A model generated the notes under the pieces. That model saw nothing but the letters and a program-made list of their open reading frames with translations, was not told the DNA's origin and searched no databases. From the NCBI GenBank assembly GCA_030704615.1, contig CM060734.1, positions 39,246,001 to 39,310,000 of the forward strand: DNA of 64,000 nt. Reading direction: 5' to 3'. The position numbers and the translations under genes are program-made. Source of the stretch: Takakia lepidozioides. Lineage: Eukaryota; Plantae; Bryophyta. Positions within the stretch are counted from its first letter, which is position 1. The number at the start of each line of letters is the position of its first letter. Positions 46,492-59,396 of this stretch are shown here, one piece after another.

Positions 46492-47264
46492 CGTGAAAGA
46501 GAGATTTTCCTTCTCAAGGATCTTTATTGACTTGAACCATAATCACTCATCCCTTTCTCGGAGTCGGGCCCTTACATGGTTTCTGCATCGATGTTTGCCC
46601 TTGCCTGTATCACCCATACAGTTCTAAAGGGCATATTATGACCTTTGGGTCTTTTACGTATTGTGGCATGAACAATATGTAACTTGTTATGAATTCAGAT
46701 CCCCAGCTAAAACTTAAACTTAAGAGGACTTCCATAGAAATAGCCCTGGTCATGTGGAGGACACGTACTTAGTGTATGACGGAGTTAGATTCGGTATGAA
46801 CTTCTGCAGATATTTCTTCAAGACAAAACTGAGATTGAAGCTAACGCCCTCAAGGTAAGCTTGAATAATTTCTGTGTACTGCTGAAATTATATGATTCAG
46901 ATTGGGTGTTGTCTCTTTTTGGGCAGGGATCTCATCGGTGGGATCTGGCACGGGGTGTTGTAGACGAGTCTAAGGAGCTGTGTCTGTGTATGTGAGGGAG
47001 AAGATATACATGTTCAGGGAAGTTGTTAAATTGTCTCATTCCAGTGAACTGGACTTTGAAGTTGGCATGATTATCTTGTCTCAGAGAATAATTATGACCA
47101 AAGGGGACGTTTTCACAGAGGAAGAGGGCACCAAAATGCTACGGGTAGCGAGGGACAAGGACACTGGTCTGGTCTACAGTGAGGAGTATGCTGCTGTTTT
47201 GGCTCAGGATGGCCTGCCGCTTCCTCCTGACCCCCTAGAGCCTTGTGATGAACAATACCGTTAA
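44935..47264 (+). CDS. Calmodulin-like EF-hand protein resembling dynein regulatory complex subunit DRC8/EFCAB2; exons 44935-45146, 45736-~45787, 46269-46409, 46810-46854, 47085-47264
   Basis: The spliced peptide LQKKLREVFPLF..K/DVGPLLRAVAFNPTEAQ/..FDYENLEQRVAEYL..FLRHPKEKIVEAMA/IFLQDKTEIEANALK/RIIMTKGDVFTEEEGTKMLRVARDKDTGLVYSEEYAAVLAQD parallels EFCAB2 (KKIKEAFEVF..EIGTIIRSLG..PTE..GEPFSQEEMEEML.AA.D). The exon 2 donor position is uncertain. Confidence 0.7.
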
Positions 47265-49407
47265 GCATTTTGAACACGAATTCATATATGTATAGTTGAA
47301 AGGACTCTCTCTTGAACTCCCCGTTGAATTGATCAGTACTCAATCCAGGTTGCGGAATGTTCTGCAAATTGAGAGTTTTAGTCTGTGGTTGTCTTTGCAC
47401 TGAGTAATGGAATGTTGCTCCTTTCACCCGTTGTACCAAGATCGGTACTTTTCAGTATCTTGAACGAGTCGACGTACACTTTCGTATCCTGAAGCTCGGG
47501 AGAGGATAGGTGTGCAGAACTCAGGAGTCTGAGGTTCGGTGCCAAATGTTTCAGACTCGTTTCAGAGCTCCTTATCACGTAAACATGTCCTGTCCCCTTC
47601 CCTTTTGTAAAGTCTCTCCTTGTCTGAATTACCACCTGGGATCTTTCATGGATGGTCACTCTAAAGGCTTCCTCTAGAAAAATTCCTGCCTCCTCTCCCA
47701 TCTGCATCTACTGCATGTGTAGACATCAAGTACCTCCCCAGACTTGTTCGCCATCTCTGTACCCACCTCAACTCCTCGTTCAGTGCCTCGGCAGCCATCA
47801 TCGATGCTTCGGCGAGGGTTGAAGGAAAGGCGAGAAGTCGTGAGTTCTGAGTGAGCGCCGGCCAGAATATGATTGCAGCAAGCTCCCCCAATATGACGAG
47901 CTCATTCACGACATTGCACAAGCGCAGCATATATTCGTTGGATATGAGACCAATATCCAAGACACCTGCTGTCTGATAGCCGATTGTAGCAGATCGCTGT
48001 AAGTCCAACTAACACATAATAACTGTGTAGTTGTATGTTTTGAACTACTGGAAACTTTCGAGTTCATAACTTCTTACATTCAGCACGACAATGATATTTG
48101 CCATGTACCAGACAGTAAGGTCATACTCAGTCTAGGAAGGAGTGGAGACTCCCATCAGCTTGTCCATGCAGAATCCCCATAAAGAAGAGCAAACCTCCTC
48201 TCTGTAGAGTTTCCTCAGAATGGGATCTGAGCAAATTGGGACCAGCTTCAGTGCTACACACTTCTGTGGGGCTACCTACGTACCTGGGAATTCCTCCTTA
48301 TTGCAATTTGAGGCAACAAGGGGGGAGGCTTCCTCACAAATGAAATCATGGAAGAGGAATAAAATTTATGCCCACAGTAAGCTGTAATGCTGCGTGAGAA
48401 AAGGGCAATGTCTCCTCTTTTCTTTCCCATCAATACCAACTTCTGAGGGGTTGCAGTGGTGCAGGCCCTGTCCAAGCAAATGCACCTTAGTGTGTAAATG
48501 CACCACAAGGGGGCCTGACTCTTCCAACTGACTCTTCCTGCTCAGTGTTAAGGAAATGCAGATGAGGCTGTTCTCCTGACTTAGCAAACATGTGCAGCAT
48601 CATGGAATACTACCTAGACTCTAGTCTGCAGTGATATGTTGTAGCCTCAACCGTAGCTTGGTGACATACAGAGCTTCTCAATGTTCCACCACCAACTGCA
48701 CAAAACTGAGAAAAACACGCCAAAAAACTCATTTAGTCACATACAGACAGCATTGATCACCATTGTGGGCAGGGGGATAAAATACCACAATGATGCAAGG
48801 TTAACAGCACTGAGATGGACAGAAAAACCAGGGTAACTTTCAGGATTTTCTCTTGGAATAGAAAGGTCACTCAGATTGAAGTTAACCTTCCAAAAACGCA
48901 TTTTTTTCAAGAAGGCTGGCCTCCACCATATAGGTCCAATACTTGACAACACAACTGCACAGTTTCTTGACTCAAAGTAACAGGAACTCGAACCCCTTTA
49001 CACATATGACAAACTGTGGCTGATCATCGAAGTATGATCATACTGTGAGCACGGCAATAGAATTGGCTAAGCAATTCTGAATCTAATCTTTATGTAACTG
49101 CACACTTAAATATCCTTAAGCTTGTGAGAACACTTGAGCTTAAACAATCTATCTCTGATTTTGCTAATTCATTGGGCCAGCAAGAGCTGCTTTATTGTAT
49201 AGGGTCTTCCAGAACCCAGACTATGGTACATGATGTATGTTTGAATATAGTCATGAGGAACTAGGAATGTCAGAGAATAGGGAAGACGCAAAACAATGAG
49301 GATAGGATAAGGCGCGACGGTCACTTGATGGCAGGATAATTGAGACAGAGGTCCCCCACTCAGAACATCCTCTGCTCTCGGATGCCAAAATCTTCAAAAG
49401 GTCCCTC

Positions 49408-51321
49408 TTACAAGCAATTCTTGTACACTCTGGAGTCTGCTGGTGAGTGGCAGATGTCGTCGTGCACAGTAGCAGCAATGTGCCGTCTTCTTTCCTCAAT
49501 CAAAGCTTGGTTCTGGTAACCCTGAATCACAGCAAATTTTGCCCCATTGTGTCTGAAGAAAACACTTGACTGATTTGACCCCGACAAGAGGTGGACGGGG
49601 GAGTCCCTACTGCCTAGCACTTGCAGGTGCGATATCACCTTTCGCCCCAGTACTGAGCTTTTGAGAACCAAATAATTCAGCAGGGCTTCATCATGAAATG
49701 GGCGCCGGTTCTTTCTCTGCAGCGCAACTCTAACAATTTCCGTTGCCATGGCATTTGCAAGGCTTCGCATGGGTCTGACGCCTCCAATGATCACACCAGT
49801 GCTCAAAACCCTATTCTCTTTTTCCTCCTTGTCTAGAGAACTCCAGAGCTCCTTTCCATAAACCTCTTCTATCAAACCTTTGCTGTGATGTCCTCTCCCA
49901 TTCTTCATAACTGGACCTTTGATCGATGCTCTCTGTGCTGGCTTCACTGGCACTGGCTGTGAATTTTTGAGCCCTCCTTCCTCCCCTTCTACCTCTATCA
50001 CATGACCTTCCTGTACCTCTTCAACCCTGTCCGCTATCTCTCCATCCAACTTGCCAGTGTTAGTCGCTTTGTTTCTCACTGTCAAAATCCGTCGCTTCCC
50101 CTCCCCAGAGTCACTTCTGCTAGCCAGCTTGCTCTTCTCAAAATCCCTATCTACAGCTATGTCGCCCCACTTACGATCCTGAGAGAACAAAAAGAGGTCC
50201 GACTCTTTTTTCTTTGCAGGAGCCAGAGCGTCCTCAAGGACAAACACCCCCCTAACCTCCGTGAGGAGCACGTGGCGGTACTTCTGCCGCACCACTCCTA
50301 GAAGCATCTGATAACATATCCACCTCCTTAACTCAACAGGTGAATCATCCAGGAATCCCCTCAAAGCATCGTCTGGGTCCAATTCCTGCATGTCAAAACC
50401 TACAGTCGATCCCCATCCCGCCCACTCAGATTCTCCGTTCCTCCCTTTTATCAAACTGCTGTGATTGCTGCCGCCCCACATGGAATCCCCTCGTCCCTGA
50501 CTGAGTTGTTCGGCGGCTTTCCAATAAGCCGCAGCATTGAACATACTTATGGATGAATTGGACATTACAGTAGGCACTGCAATGGAAGTGGTGTTCTCCT
50601 CATGGAGTGCCCGATCGTTTCCTTTCATGGGTCCACCGTCCTCCCCTAGCTGATTCCTACGTTTCTGCCTGGCACTGTGATAAGCAAGAGCGTCGGATTT
50701 CGAATCTGCAACCAACTTCTGAAAACTTCGCTCCTCTTCGTGAATCACGTCCGCCATGGCCACTGGCAGCGGCCTCCAAGGAAAGAGAAGCACGACATCT
50801 GCCCTCGCAGGCATTCCACTACGATGCAGAGTTCTGAGGAACAACCTGAGATCACTAACACACGTATTTTCAGACAGATGAGCGACCACAAGCTCGTTCA
50901 TCGCCCCGCTTCCTCTTCTGAACAGCGTTCCCATCCCTTCAAGTGCTGTCCCATCCTCCTTAACAATTCCTTCCTTTCCGTTCTCTCCGAGGCGGGGATT
51001 GAGAGTGCTGCTCATTTGCAGAGCTCTCCACGGTCGATGCGGCAGCGTCACCACAATCCCCGAGCCACCGGTAATCCGCCATGGTTCCTCTGAAACTGTC
51101 GAGGGATCAATCGCACAGAGAACGAAGAGAACGATGGTGAAGAGCAGGATTCCAACACAGAGAGAAACTGTAGACTGGACATTGCGATTGAAGGATTTGC
51201 GAGCACAACTTTTCTCAACACTGGAGTCTCCATGCCAAAAGCAAACAGGCATGCTTGCAGTTTTCCTACTCAATCGGTAAGCAGTTTCTGTCATTTCCAC
51301 TGCAAAATGCATTGGCTTCAT
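49408..51321 (-). CDS. Conserved plant uncharacterised membrane-anchored protein (DUF7780-like), 637 aa, intronless CDS
   Basis: Long ATG-started ORF with an N-terminal hydrophobic segment (VSLCVGILLFTIVLFVLCAI). Blocks LEGMGTLFRRGSGAMNELVVAHLSE, LRLFLRTLHRSG..ARADVVLLF, GFD..ELDPDDAL.GFLD..P..LRRW.CYQMLLG are ones I recall from a land-plant family. Confidence 0.8.
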   Translation of the reverse strand: MKPMHFAVEMTETAYRLSRKTASMPVCFWHGDSSVEKSCARKSFNRNVQSTVSLCVGILLFTIVLFVLCAIDPSTVSEEPWRITGGSGIVVTLPHRPWRALQMSSTLNPRLGENGKEGIVKEDGTALEGMGTLFRRGSGAMNELVVAHLSENTCVSDLRLFLRTLHRSGMPARADVVLLFPWRPLPVAMADVIHEEERSFQKLVADSKSDALAYHSARQKRRNQLGEDGGPMKGNDRALHEENTTSIAVPTVMSNSSISMFNAAAYWKAAEQLSQGRGDSMWGGSNHSSLIKGRNGESEWAGWGSTVGFDMQELDPDDALRGFLDDSPVELRRWICYQMLLGVVRQKYRHVLLTEVRGVFVLEDALAPAKKKESDLFLFSQDRKWGDIAVDRDFEKSKLASRSDSGEGKRRILTVRNKATNTGKLDGEIADRVEEVQEGHVIEVEGEEGGLKNSQPVPVKPAQRASIKGPVMKNGRGHHSKGLIEEVYGKELWSSLDKEEKENRVLSTGVIIGGVRPMRSLANAMATEIVRVALQRKNRRPFHDEALLNYLVLKSSVLGRKVISHLQVLGSRDSPVHLLSGSNQSSVFFRHNGAKFAVIQGYQNQALIEERRRHIAATVHDDICHSPADSRVYKNCL

Positions 51322-52291
51322 ATTCTTTACACCAGCACACCTAAAGACTTGTTCCTCATCAGACCTGATGGGGGCACACGCCCCTAACCTGACTCGTCAA
51401 CTGCTCTGCTGGTAGAATAACGTAGTTCAGTGCAACATCTGCAGGAGCTTGACACCAGTCTGAATCTAATCGCTACATATACGTCATTATCTAGATCTTT
51501 GAATGTCCGTCATGTTCTCCTCTAAACACGAATACGGGAGTGTTCCAAAATTACTGCTTTCAAGAGATAATCTCCAAGCAATTTTCAGAATACTTTTAGC
51601 AACGGGCACCGGTGCGAGACTCAACCCTGCCTCGTATGATTTCCGCATGCTCTTACAGTTGTTCATCTTCACTTCGGAGAGATAGAGAAACAAGGGCCGT
51701 ACACACTGCATCAGAAAGAGAAGCGATCAGACAGGAAGCGGGAGGGACGCCCAGGGAAGTCATGAGCGCAAAAGAGAGGAAAAACAGATGTCATGGTGTG
51801 ACTGCATGAGGCTCACATTGTAAAGGAGAGAGATTAACCACACGGCTACAGCAAGCTTCAGACTCCGTATTCTGACACAGCCAGGAGGCCACACAAGAAC
51901 ACATAACAAACAACCACACAGACTCCCAGAGAGATTTCAAAGCCCCAGAACTCTAAAAGACAGAAGCTTAATGAGACAGACAGACCCAATCCTTTGGCAT
52001 TACCTCGCAGAGCGAGACTAGAGCGAGAGCATCCAACCGCCCGCCCGAGAGCGCAGCAAGGCAGCCCAGCCGGGGCAGCCTGGCAGCGCAACTCTGCCAG
52101 CCACGTGAAAGCTCAGAGACAATCTCCGAGCCTACTCCCCGAACCTAACCCCGAATCTGCACCCGTGTACGCGTAACCAAACAACCTCCGCCGAACCTGA
52201 GCCCCGGGCCACCACCCGCGCTCGAGACCTCCAGACCTGCGAGGCCGTTAATAACGCAAACCTTTTTCCCCAATTATTATTATTATTACCC

Positions 52292-52520
52292 TTTATTATT
52301 ATTATTATTATTATTTTAAAAGAAACCTGGGAGCGACTGCTCAGGCCCTTGAGGAGGGGGGAAAATTAACCCCCTTTCAGATAAGCCATTAGGCACACAG
52401 GTGGGAAACGTCACCACCAGACCTAGCCGGGTCACGAACAATCCACACACCAGGCAGGGCAGCGGGTTTGAACCCTGAACCACCAGGGCGACACACTGTG
52501 CACTTACCAGCTGATGTGCA
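52292..52520 (-). mobile_element. tRNA-derived SINE
   Basis: On the minus strand: A-box-like CACATCAGCTGGTAAG, B-box GGTTCAAACCC (~52464-52474) and an (AAT)n tail at 52292-52316. Confidence 0.6.
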
Positions 52521-55319
52521 TTTAATTTAATTATATCCTGCAACTAAAAATTAGGGAGAGCCAACGGTTGCAGCCGGGAACTTAGGGAATAAATTAAAAT
52601 TAAATACCTAAATTAAATATCTGTTTTGTTTCTCTAATTAATTAATTTTCGTAAACAGTGACTAAGCCCGGCGAGTTCGGAAAGGTAGGAAATTGTTCAG
52701 ACGTGTGCGTCCACCTGGCGGTTAACAAAGGCACCACGCGTCTGGAATCCATTCGGCGGACACAGAATATTTGACGGTCTAGATTCCTCCTTCCCAATTC
52801 CATCCGACCCCTGGTCTTCCAAGACGCTGTCAATGGATGAGACGTGGATGAACACAGTCCGCTGCAGAATGGAGGATGACATTCGTTGCAGGTGTTTAGG
52901 TTATGAAGCAGAGGATTAGGTGGGGTGAGCAGGAGCCTTTGAAGACATGGCTCTGACATTCCTCTTCCCCCCTTCCTCCCTCGTCTCCTGAGTCCTCCCT
53001 CACTGTGGGTAGGTGCTCAATAAACACAGTCTGCCATTCAGTTGGTGAGATGGTGGTCTGCTTCACTGTCTTCATCACTCTGCTTTGTAAAGAGTCGCTA
53101 TATTTGGTTGATATGAGTATGGGCGCCCGTTATCAGAATATCTGAGTGATGCATGGTGGATTGAGTTCGTTCAATTGTGGGTAAAGCACATTGAATTCTT
53201 GGGAATATGGTGCGAGGTGAATGTTGTTGAATGACTGTGACCGAATGCAGCGAATAGTGCTTCCTTGAGGAAGACTGGTTGGTGAGCACTGAGTTAGGCT
53301 TCGAGGTTGACTCTTGACTCCTTACAGCGCACCCTATCGGTACCACACAGTGCATAAGTGTCAAGGACCCTATGTAGAAGAATTCTCTAACTTACCAATA
53401 TTCATCTCTCTGGTCACCTTCAGCGACAAATTGTGTGACACGTCTCATAGGATGTGCCACCAAGTCCAAAGAGGGTTGTAAGAAATGCATGCATGGCAGG
53501 CCCTTTGGGTCCCCAACCATCACCCCTCGCGGAATGGAGGGCCCAAAGGTGAAGACCAAGTCTAATCAGTAACCTATGCATGCCAGATGTGTAGGTACTT
53601 TACATTGGCGGGAACAGAGGCCTGTGCATATCAGACCTGAAGGAGGCGCTCCTTTGCACGCAACCGATTCCCCTCAGACTGTGTTATGTTGCCAGAGATA
53701 GTACTAAGTGTACAAGTAATAAGCTCCAAAGGGGGGCGGAGAGGATAAGTTAAGGTGGCATTCAATGAACTCACTGGATCAGAGACGGTAGACGTGATTA
53801 GATCACTTCAATAATGGTATGGAAGACCCATTATTGGCATAGAGCAACAGGTGGCTTGTTGAACTTGAACTAGGATTCCTGGATTCTCAACAAGAATGTT
53901 CGGAACCAACTTTTGACTAAGACAAAAACAAGTGAGATTTCCTGCACACATCCCGAGAACTGATTGGCCAGTCTTCAACTGCCAAATGTTTTGAGAAATT
54001 CACTTTCTTATTACTAGGTTTCTTCTCACCCGGTGGTGTGCTCTCATGCCAAAAGTCTTATTTTACAGTAGAGTGATGCTCGAAGGATAAATCAAAAAGG
54101 GGGACTAGCACGAGGAGAACTTGAGCCCGCTTTCCTGGCGCAAGTATTGGCATGTCCCACCGTTTTCCTCGTGGGCTACGATGGGTTTGATTGATTATCC
54201 TCCAAATTAGCAGTTGCATGTGACATATATTCTTCTATCAACCTTGTGATGAGGTCTGCCATCTCTCTTTCCGTGTGATTCAAGCTCGTGTACTTGATCC
54301 TTTCACTATCGTGAAAAGACGGTAAGCGTAAGTTTTGAAATGCACTTTATTGCTCCTTCAGAAGTGGCAACACAATGCCTAAGAAAAACTGCTCTTTACT
54401 TGGATAATTTGAAAAGTGCAGCCCAACATTCGTCGCTTAAGAACTGGTCCAGCAATGAGGCCTTAGGCTGGCCGACGGTCCCATCTGTAGAAATAGGGAA
54501 GGTGTGCTGATTTCTGACTCTTGCCATATCGGTTTTTGAAGCTCCAATGGCGCCTTGCTGACCTCACAGAGCGTGAGAGGTGAAGCCATGTGTCGTATGG
54601 CTTGCACGCCCTTTAAGGACCGTCATACCTGGCCCCTGCTCCAGCTTCTATGGTGCCCATTGCGCGAAGATGAAGACGACAAACGACAAACCAGTCGATT
54701 CCCAACTTTTTTCTTTTGTATAATAGAGAGTGAGAGGAGCTCACACGGAAGCGAGAACTAGGAAGGTGGCCCCCACTTCCGTCATAGTTCGTCCTGCATC
54801 CCACGGAGGTCCGGAGGTTGTTGCGCTATGGCGACCGTTTGGCCACACACGATGATTGAATTGAATGCCGCTATATACACAAATATATATACAGGTCCAC
54901 TTTGTTGCATGCAGTACAATGATAGCAGAGAGCTGAGATGTAGAACAAGATCTAAGATGCTTGTGTAAATTGTTTGTTGGAGAGTACTTCCATGGCACAT
55001 CAAACTTAGCAAACAGAGAATTCCGTCATTCCATTAACTTATTGACTGTGATCCATGGTGTCGTCTCTCTCTCCTCTCATAGCCTTCTCTGCAACAGACA
55101 GAGTGGTTGTCTCTGGCCCACCCAGCTTGGTGGAAGTTGTGCTCTGGGAGCTTGTTCATTAAGGTTGTTCATTACACCATATGTATAATGGAATGTTGGA
55201 CACTGGGGGATGATGAGTTTGATAGGATGTCTTTCTCGCAGATATCAGCCCTTCAATTACAAAGTAAAAACACAGCTGTGTGTGAGGTCATCTCACCATG
55301 ATACATGAAGGCATTGCCA

Positions 55320-55459
55320 ATGAAGCCTAACTTATGGTGTCACTCGACCCCCAAATGCTGCAGGTGTTATGGCATCCAACATCTAGTTTGAACCCACAAC
55401 CACTACCCCACTAAGTGAGACGGCTTGTGCCCACCACACCAGGCTAAATGTTGGTTGTC
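55320..55459 (-). mobile_element. Diverged SINE related to the 13855-14159 element
   Basis: Reverse complement reads GACAACCAACATTTAGCCTGGTG..TGGGCACA...GTGGTTGTGGGTTCAAAC...GACACCATAA, matching the head, B-box and a 3' block of the 13.9-kb SINE. Confidence 0.65.
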
Positions 55460-58120
55460 CATTCACAACTAGCTCTATTGAGTAGCACTTGCAAAACTTA
55501 AAGAATTGAAGTAGAAGGCGACATCAACGGGCGCAAAATGAAGAAAATGGAACGGAAACTTGAAGATCCAGTCGCACCTCACCTTCGAGCGCATTGCAAG
55601 CTTGAGGAGCCTGCTTATTACTTAGTGTTTGATGGACCTCCCACTACCACTAGTGAGGCGCTTGTGCCCATAATACCACATTGGGGGAATATCGGTTGTC
55701 CATCGACAACTACATTGAACGCAGGGTATGGGATGCACGCCAAAATTATTGGCGACTTTGTGCGGGGCTGCTGCTTACAAATCTGTCTCTTGCAGGAGCT
55801 TGCAAGTTCAATCATTGCGGAGGAGATCCCCCATGGTTTGTCCATCTGTGTGCGTTGTTGATTCATGGTCTTCTCGAGCTTTGGGATCCTCGATCCTATA
55901 AGTATCTTTTGATTTCACTAAATCATTGGTGCGGTGTCAGATCAGTGGTTCGAAAAGAGGGCCAACCCATATCAGAGAATTTGCTTGTCTTGCTGCCCAA
56001 ACTGTGATCTTGAACTACAAACTAGATATTGTAAAAAGTGCGGTGCATGCTCCAGAGGATTCTCTCGGCACTGACAGTCTGCCTTGACCAGGGTCCGCTA
56101 AGCTACAATCCTTCGTCTCTCCCTCTTCGTTCTCGAAACTCAACCAGGCAAGCTATAATCCTTCCTATGTTGCGGTCTTCCACTGAAATGGGTCAAACTG
56201 GCGATGGCGTAAGCATCTGGTAACAGTAGAATGTACCTATCCAGAACATGAATCAGGGCGACCTTCAACAACGTGGGTTCCATCTCTGGATCGCCTTCGC
56301 AATGGCCGATGAATTACGCCCCAAGACTTGAGCCACTCATGCCTGTACAACTAGCACTGGCCGAGAATAACGTGAAGGCTGGTCAGTGATGGTCGGTTTT
56401 CAAGGAAGGCCGACGGCTCTTGCAGGGCCATGGTGAACGGCCGGCTCCCTTTGCTGCAGCAGCCTTGTCTTGCATGCTGGCCTGCCAAGCTGGAAAGCGC
56501 AGGCAACACACACACACACAGTTAAGCTTAAACATGCTGCATGGCAGCATGCCCACTTTGTTAGGAGATATTCAAGCTGCTCCTTCATGTTCTCATGCAG
56601 CGCCATTATTATTAGTACCTTTCTGCTCCGAAATAAAAAACCACAGCAGTCCAAAAGCGTTCAGGATCGAAAATAGACATGTAACTGACAGGATTCTGTC
56701 ACGGACTTCAAGAGCATGCCACATAGTGAACTACTGCCGCCACTGTCGGCCTCATCTTCCCACCTAGCTCTTTCTTCCTCCACACACACCTTCCAAAAAG
56801 ATTCTTGACAGAGAAAACTACAGCTACTTTGGGGCAACAAACTTTCAGCATGCCCACAATTTATACATGGAAATCCGCATGTTAACATACGATTGGGACT
56901 GCAGTCTATACCAATATCATGGTAACCCCAGCTAGTACCTAGCACACACTGGCTCAAAGAATGACTTAGTTCAGACACTATGCTACAAAAGCAATGGCGT
57001 GTGCAACACAATGGGTCAGTTTTGGGAATTGGAAGACACACTTCGAAACAGTGATTTATGGGTTCTCTTGACCATTCCCTCTCTATATACTTCGTCTGTA
57101 CTTGAGCTCCACTCCAATGGTTGGTTGCTTGGGCCATGCCTGTACCAAGGTAATCCTATGTTCAATCCTTGAACATGTGCCTTCATCCGTGCAGGAGCTA
57201 CTGCTTGTCTGACGAGCACATCCCATCACCCATCACTAGTGTAATGTAGGGTTTGGAATCCAAAACTAAAGCAGCTGAATTAATTTAAAATCATTTGCCA
57301 TAAAAACTGTGACTATGCATTTCCGGGCTTGTGTATGAAGAGCTACATCACTACACTGTGGCTGGGTTTTGTAGAGAACTATTTGTCAAGTAGGTTGGAA
57401 AAGGAAACTTGCAGCAGCTAGCTTTTGTAACCAACCCATGTATGCTTGAACAAAGAAGGGAATAACAGTGTGAGTAAAGCTTTTGTACATTTTTCCACTC
57501 AAGCAGGCCTGCAAATGTGCATGCTCCCAAAGAACTAGTGACATCTGCGCTGTTGCACTTGTTTCCTGCCGTCTTGCCTACACTGAGCTTCCTTTAGTTC
57601 CATCTCCTGTCATGATTGCTCAGAAGCCTAGTGGCCAGGTGGCCTTAAACAACACCCTATTGCTCCCTTGTTGACCTTGCTTGCTTTCAAGATGTGACAG
57701 CTTGACATCTTCAATTAGCAGGCTAGGGGGTCGACTTGAATGCGGGGATCTGTTAGAAACCTCTCTTCTTACAATGCACAACCCCCAGACTGTTGACATC
57801 TTTGGCAGGCAGGGTGAGGTGTGAAGCCAGCAATAATGGAAGAGAGGGATTGACAAGTGTAGAGGCTGTTGACCAGAGCACGAAAAAGGAGATAACCAGG
57901 GATGCCAATCTGAAGAACCATGAAACCAATGAGGGTCTCAGTTATTTGCTTCTTTCTAAGGATCATCTGCTGCTTCCACGAGTCTTTTCAACCGCTCCCT
58001 ATGTATTTTTGCTCTCACCATTTGAAGAGCTAGAAGAGAGCCTGTAAAAAGTAAAGTGTGAGTTTGATTGCAAAAGGAGAGAGTTAGACTAGGTACTAAT
58101 GTGATGTTGTTTGCCGTAGC

Positions 58121-58396
58121 ATGGTGGACAGATCCCACTTTAGGCGGAATAAGAGGGAATACGACGACCTCAATAGTGGGACTTACCTTGGTACAAACAA
58201 TTGGTTCAGGTTTTCCAGCTCTCTTATGACAATAACCCAGACATTAGACCCGACATACCTATGCCTGTTTCTGAAGGGATTTGGAGGCCGCACTATAAGG
58301 CTGGATAGAGCAACAGGAGCAGGGTCAATCACCCATAACCAGACTTCTCTCTCCTTCCCCTACGTCAGATTTGTGTTTGATATCAACTCTCCATGA
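58121..58396 (+). mobile_element. Possible LINE (L1) ORF1 remnant
   Basis: LFLKGFGGRTIRLDRAT...SFPYVRFVFDINSP resembles the plant L1 ORF1 segment L..IG...G....D..T.....ARV.V..D...PL. Short and truncated. Confidence 0.35.
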
Positions 58397-59396
58397 CATC
58401 AAATCAGCCACTGATCGTCCAGTTCTCCATTTTCCCGTTCTTCTAGGCAAAAAGTTCTGAACAGGACAACGGGATCAGGCTGCAATTCTTGAATGTTGCT
58501 ACAAATAACTTAGCCACTTTCAAATAAAGAGAGAGAGAGAGAGAGTACTCACAATCCGTTGTTTGCGGTAGCCGTGTGGCCATACACCCCACTTCCAGTT
58601 AGAATGTACTCATAAGACTTGGTTTGCGTAGCCTTGTGGTTGCTCCCAGTTAGAGAGAGAGTATTCACTACGCTAATAACGTGATGGCTGTGGATTCTGC
58701 ACCCAATCGAGAGAGACAGGTGTGTACGTAAGACTGGGCAGGCTTCACCAGTCATGCACACATGAACTCCTGGCAAATGCACAGGTTTTTTGACAGGATT
58801 ACCATGGAACAAAGGGCAAAGATAAGCCACATTGCAAGGGAAGAGAGAGAGGAGGGGGGGGGGGGGCGCAAGAAATGCACTGCTGAAAGCTTCCAGAACC
58901 AAACCTACAGGTTTTGCAGTAGTAAGTTTGGAATTCACCTTATTTGCTCTCTTGTTCGCAGAAGCCTAGCCTTTGTTGTCAGGCCCTGGGATCCGGGCGT
59001 GGAAGAATTGGTGCGATTCATCCATCCTCTCGGCATGCACGCAGGGAAGAGACAGCACCATGAGTGCGCGCATGCTGTCACGGCCGCCCTCTTGGGGACC
59101 CAATCCATCGCCGTCTTTGTCCCTCCCATCCTCAGCACCCTCTGCCTCAGCAGGTGTAATGGCGGCCATCCCTCTTTCCCTGCCCTCAACAGCATCCTCT
59201 CCACCCTCCTCTCCACCCCATCTTTCTTTCCCATTGCCTGCTTCCCCTCACTCTACGCCCAGTTCCCTGCGAACCCTCTGCCCTCGACATCCAACCGTCT
59301 ATCAATCTTGCTCCCACCTTCTTCATTTCTCATGCTTTTGCTACAGCAGGTTGCTCGGGGTCTGGGTCTTCTGTCGCTGGTTCTTTAGGGAAACCA

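Noticed and set aside
46927-46995. Extra exon candidate in the DRC8-like gene
   Set aside because: It has a plausible acceptor, but the protein aligns without it and the in-phase frame reaches a stop.
47378-48008. Two minus-strand ORFs (115 and 109 aa) as a separate gene
   Set aside because: No recognisable domain or consistent splice model; cannot be supported or excluded without transcripts.
50002-51280. + strand ORFs overlapping the 637-aa gene (likewise those antisense to PAL and the gypsy pol)
   Set aside because: Antisense shadows of real coding sequence.
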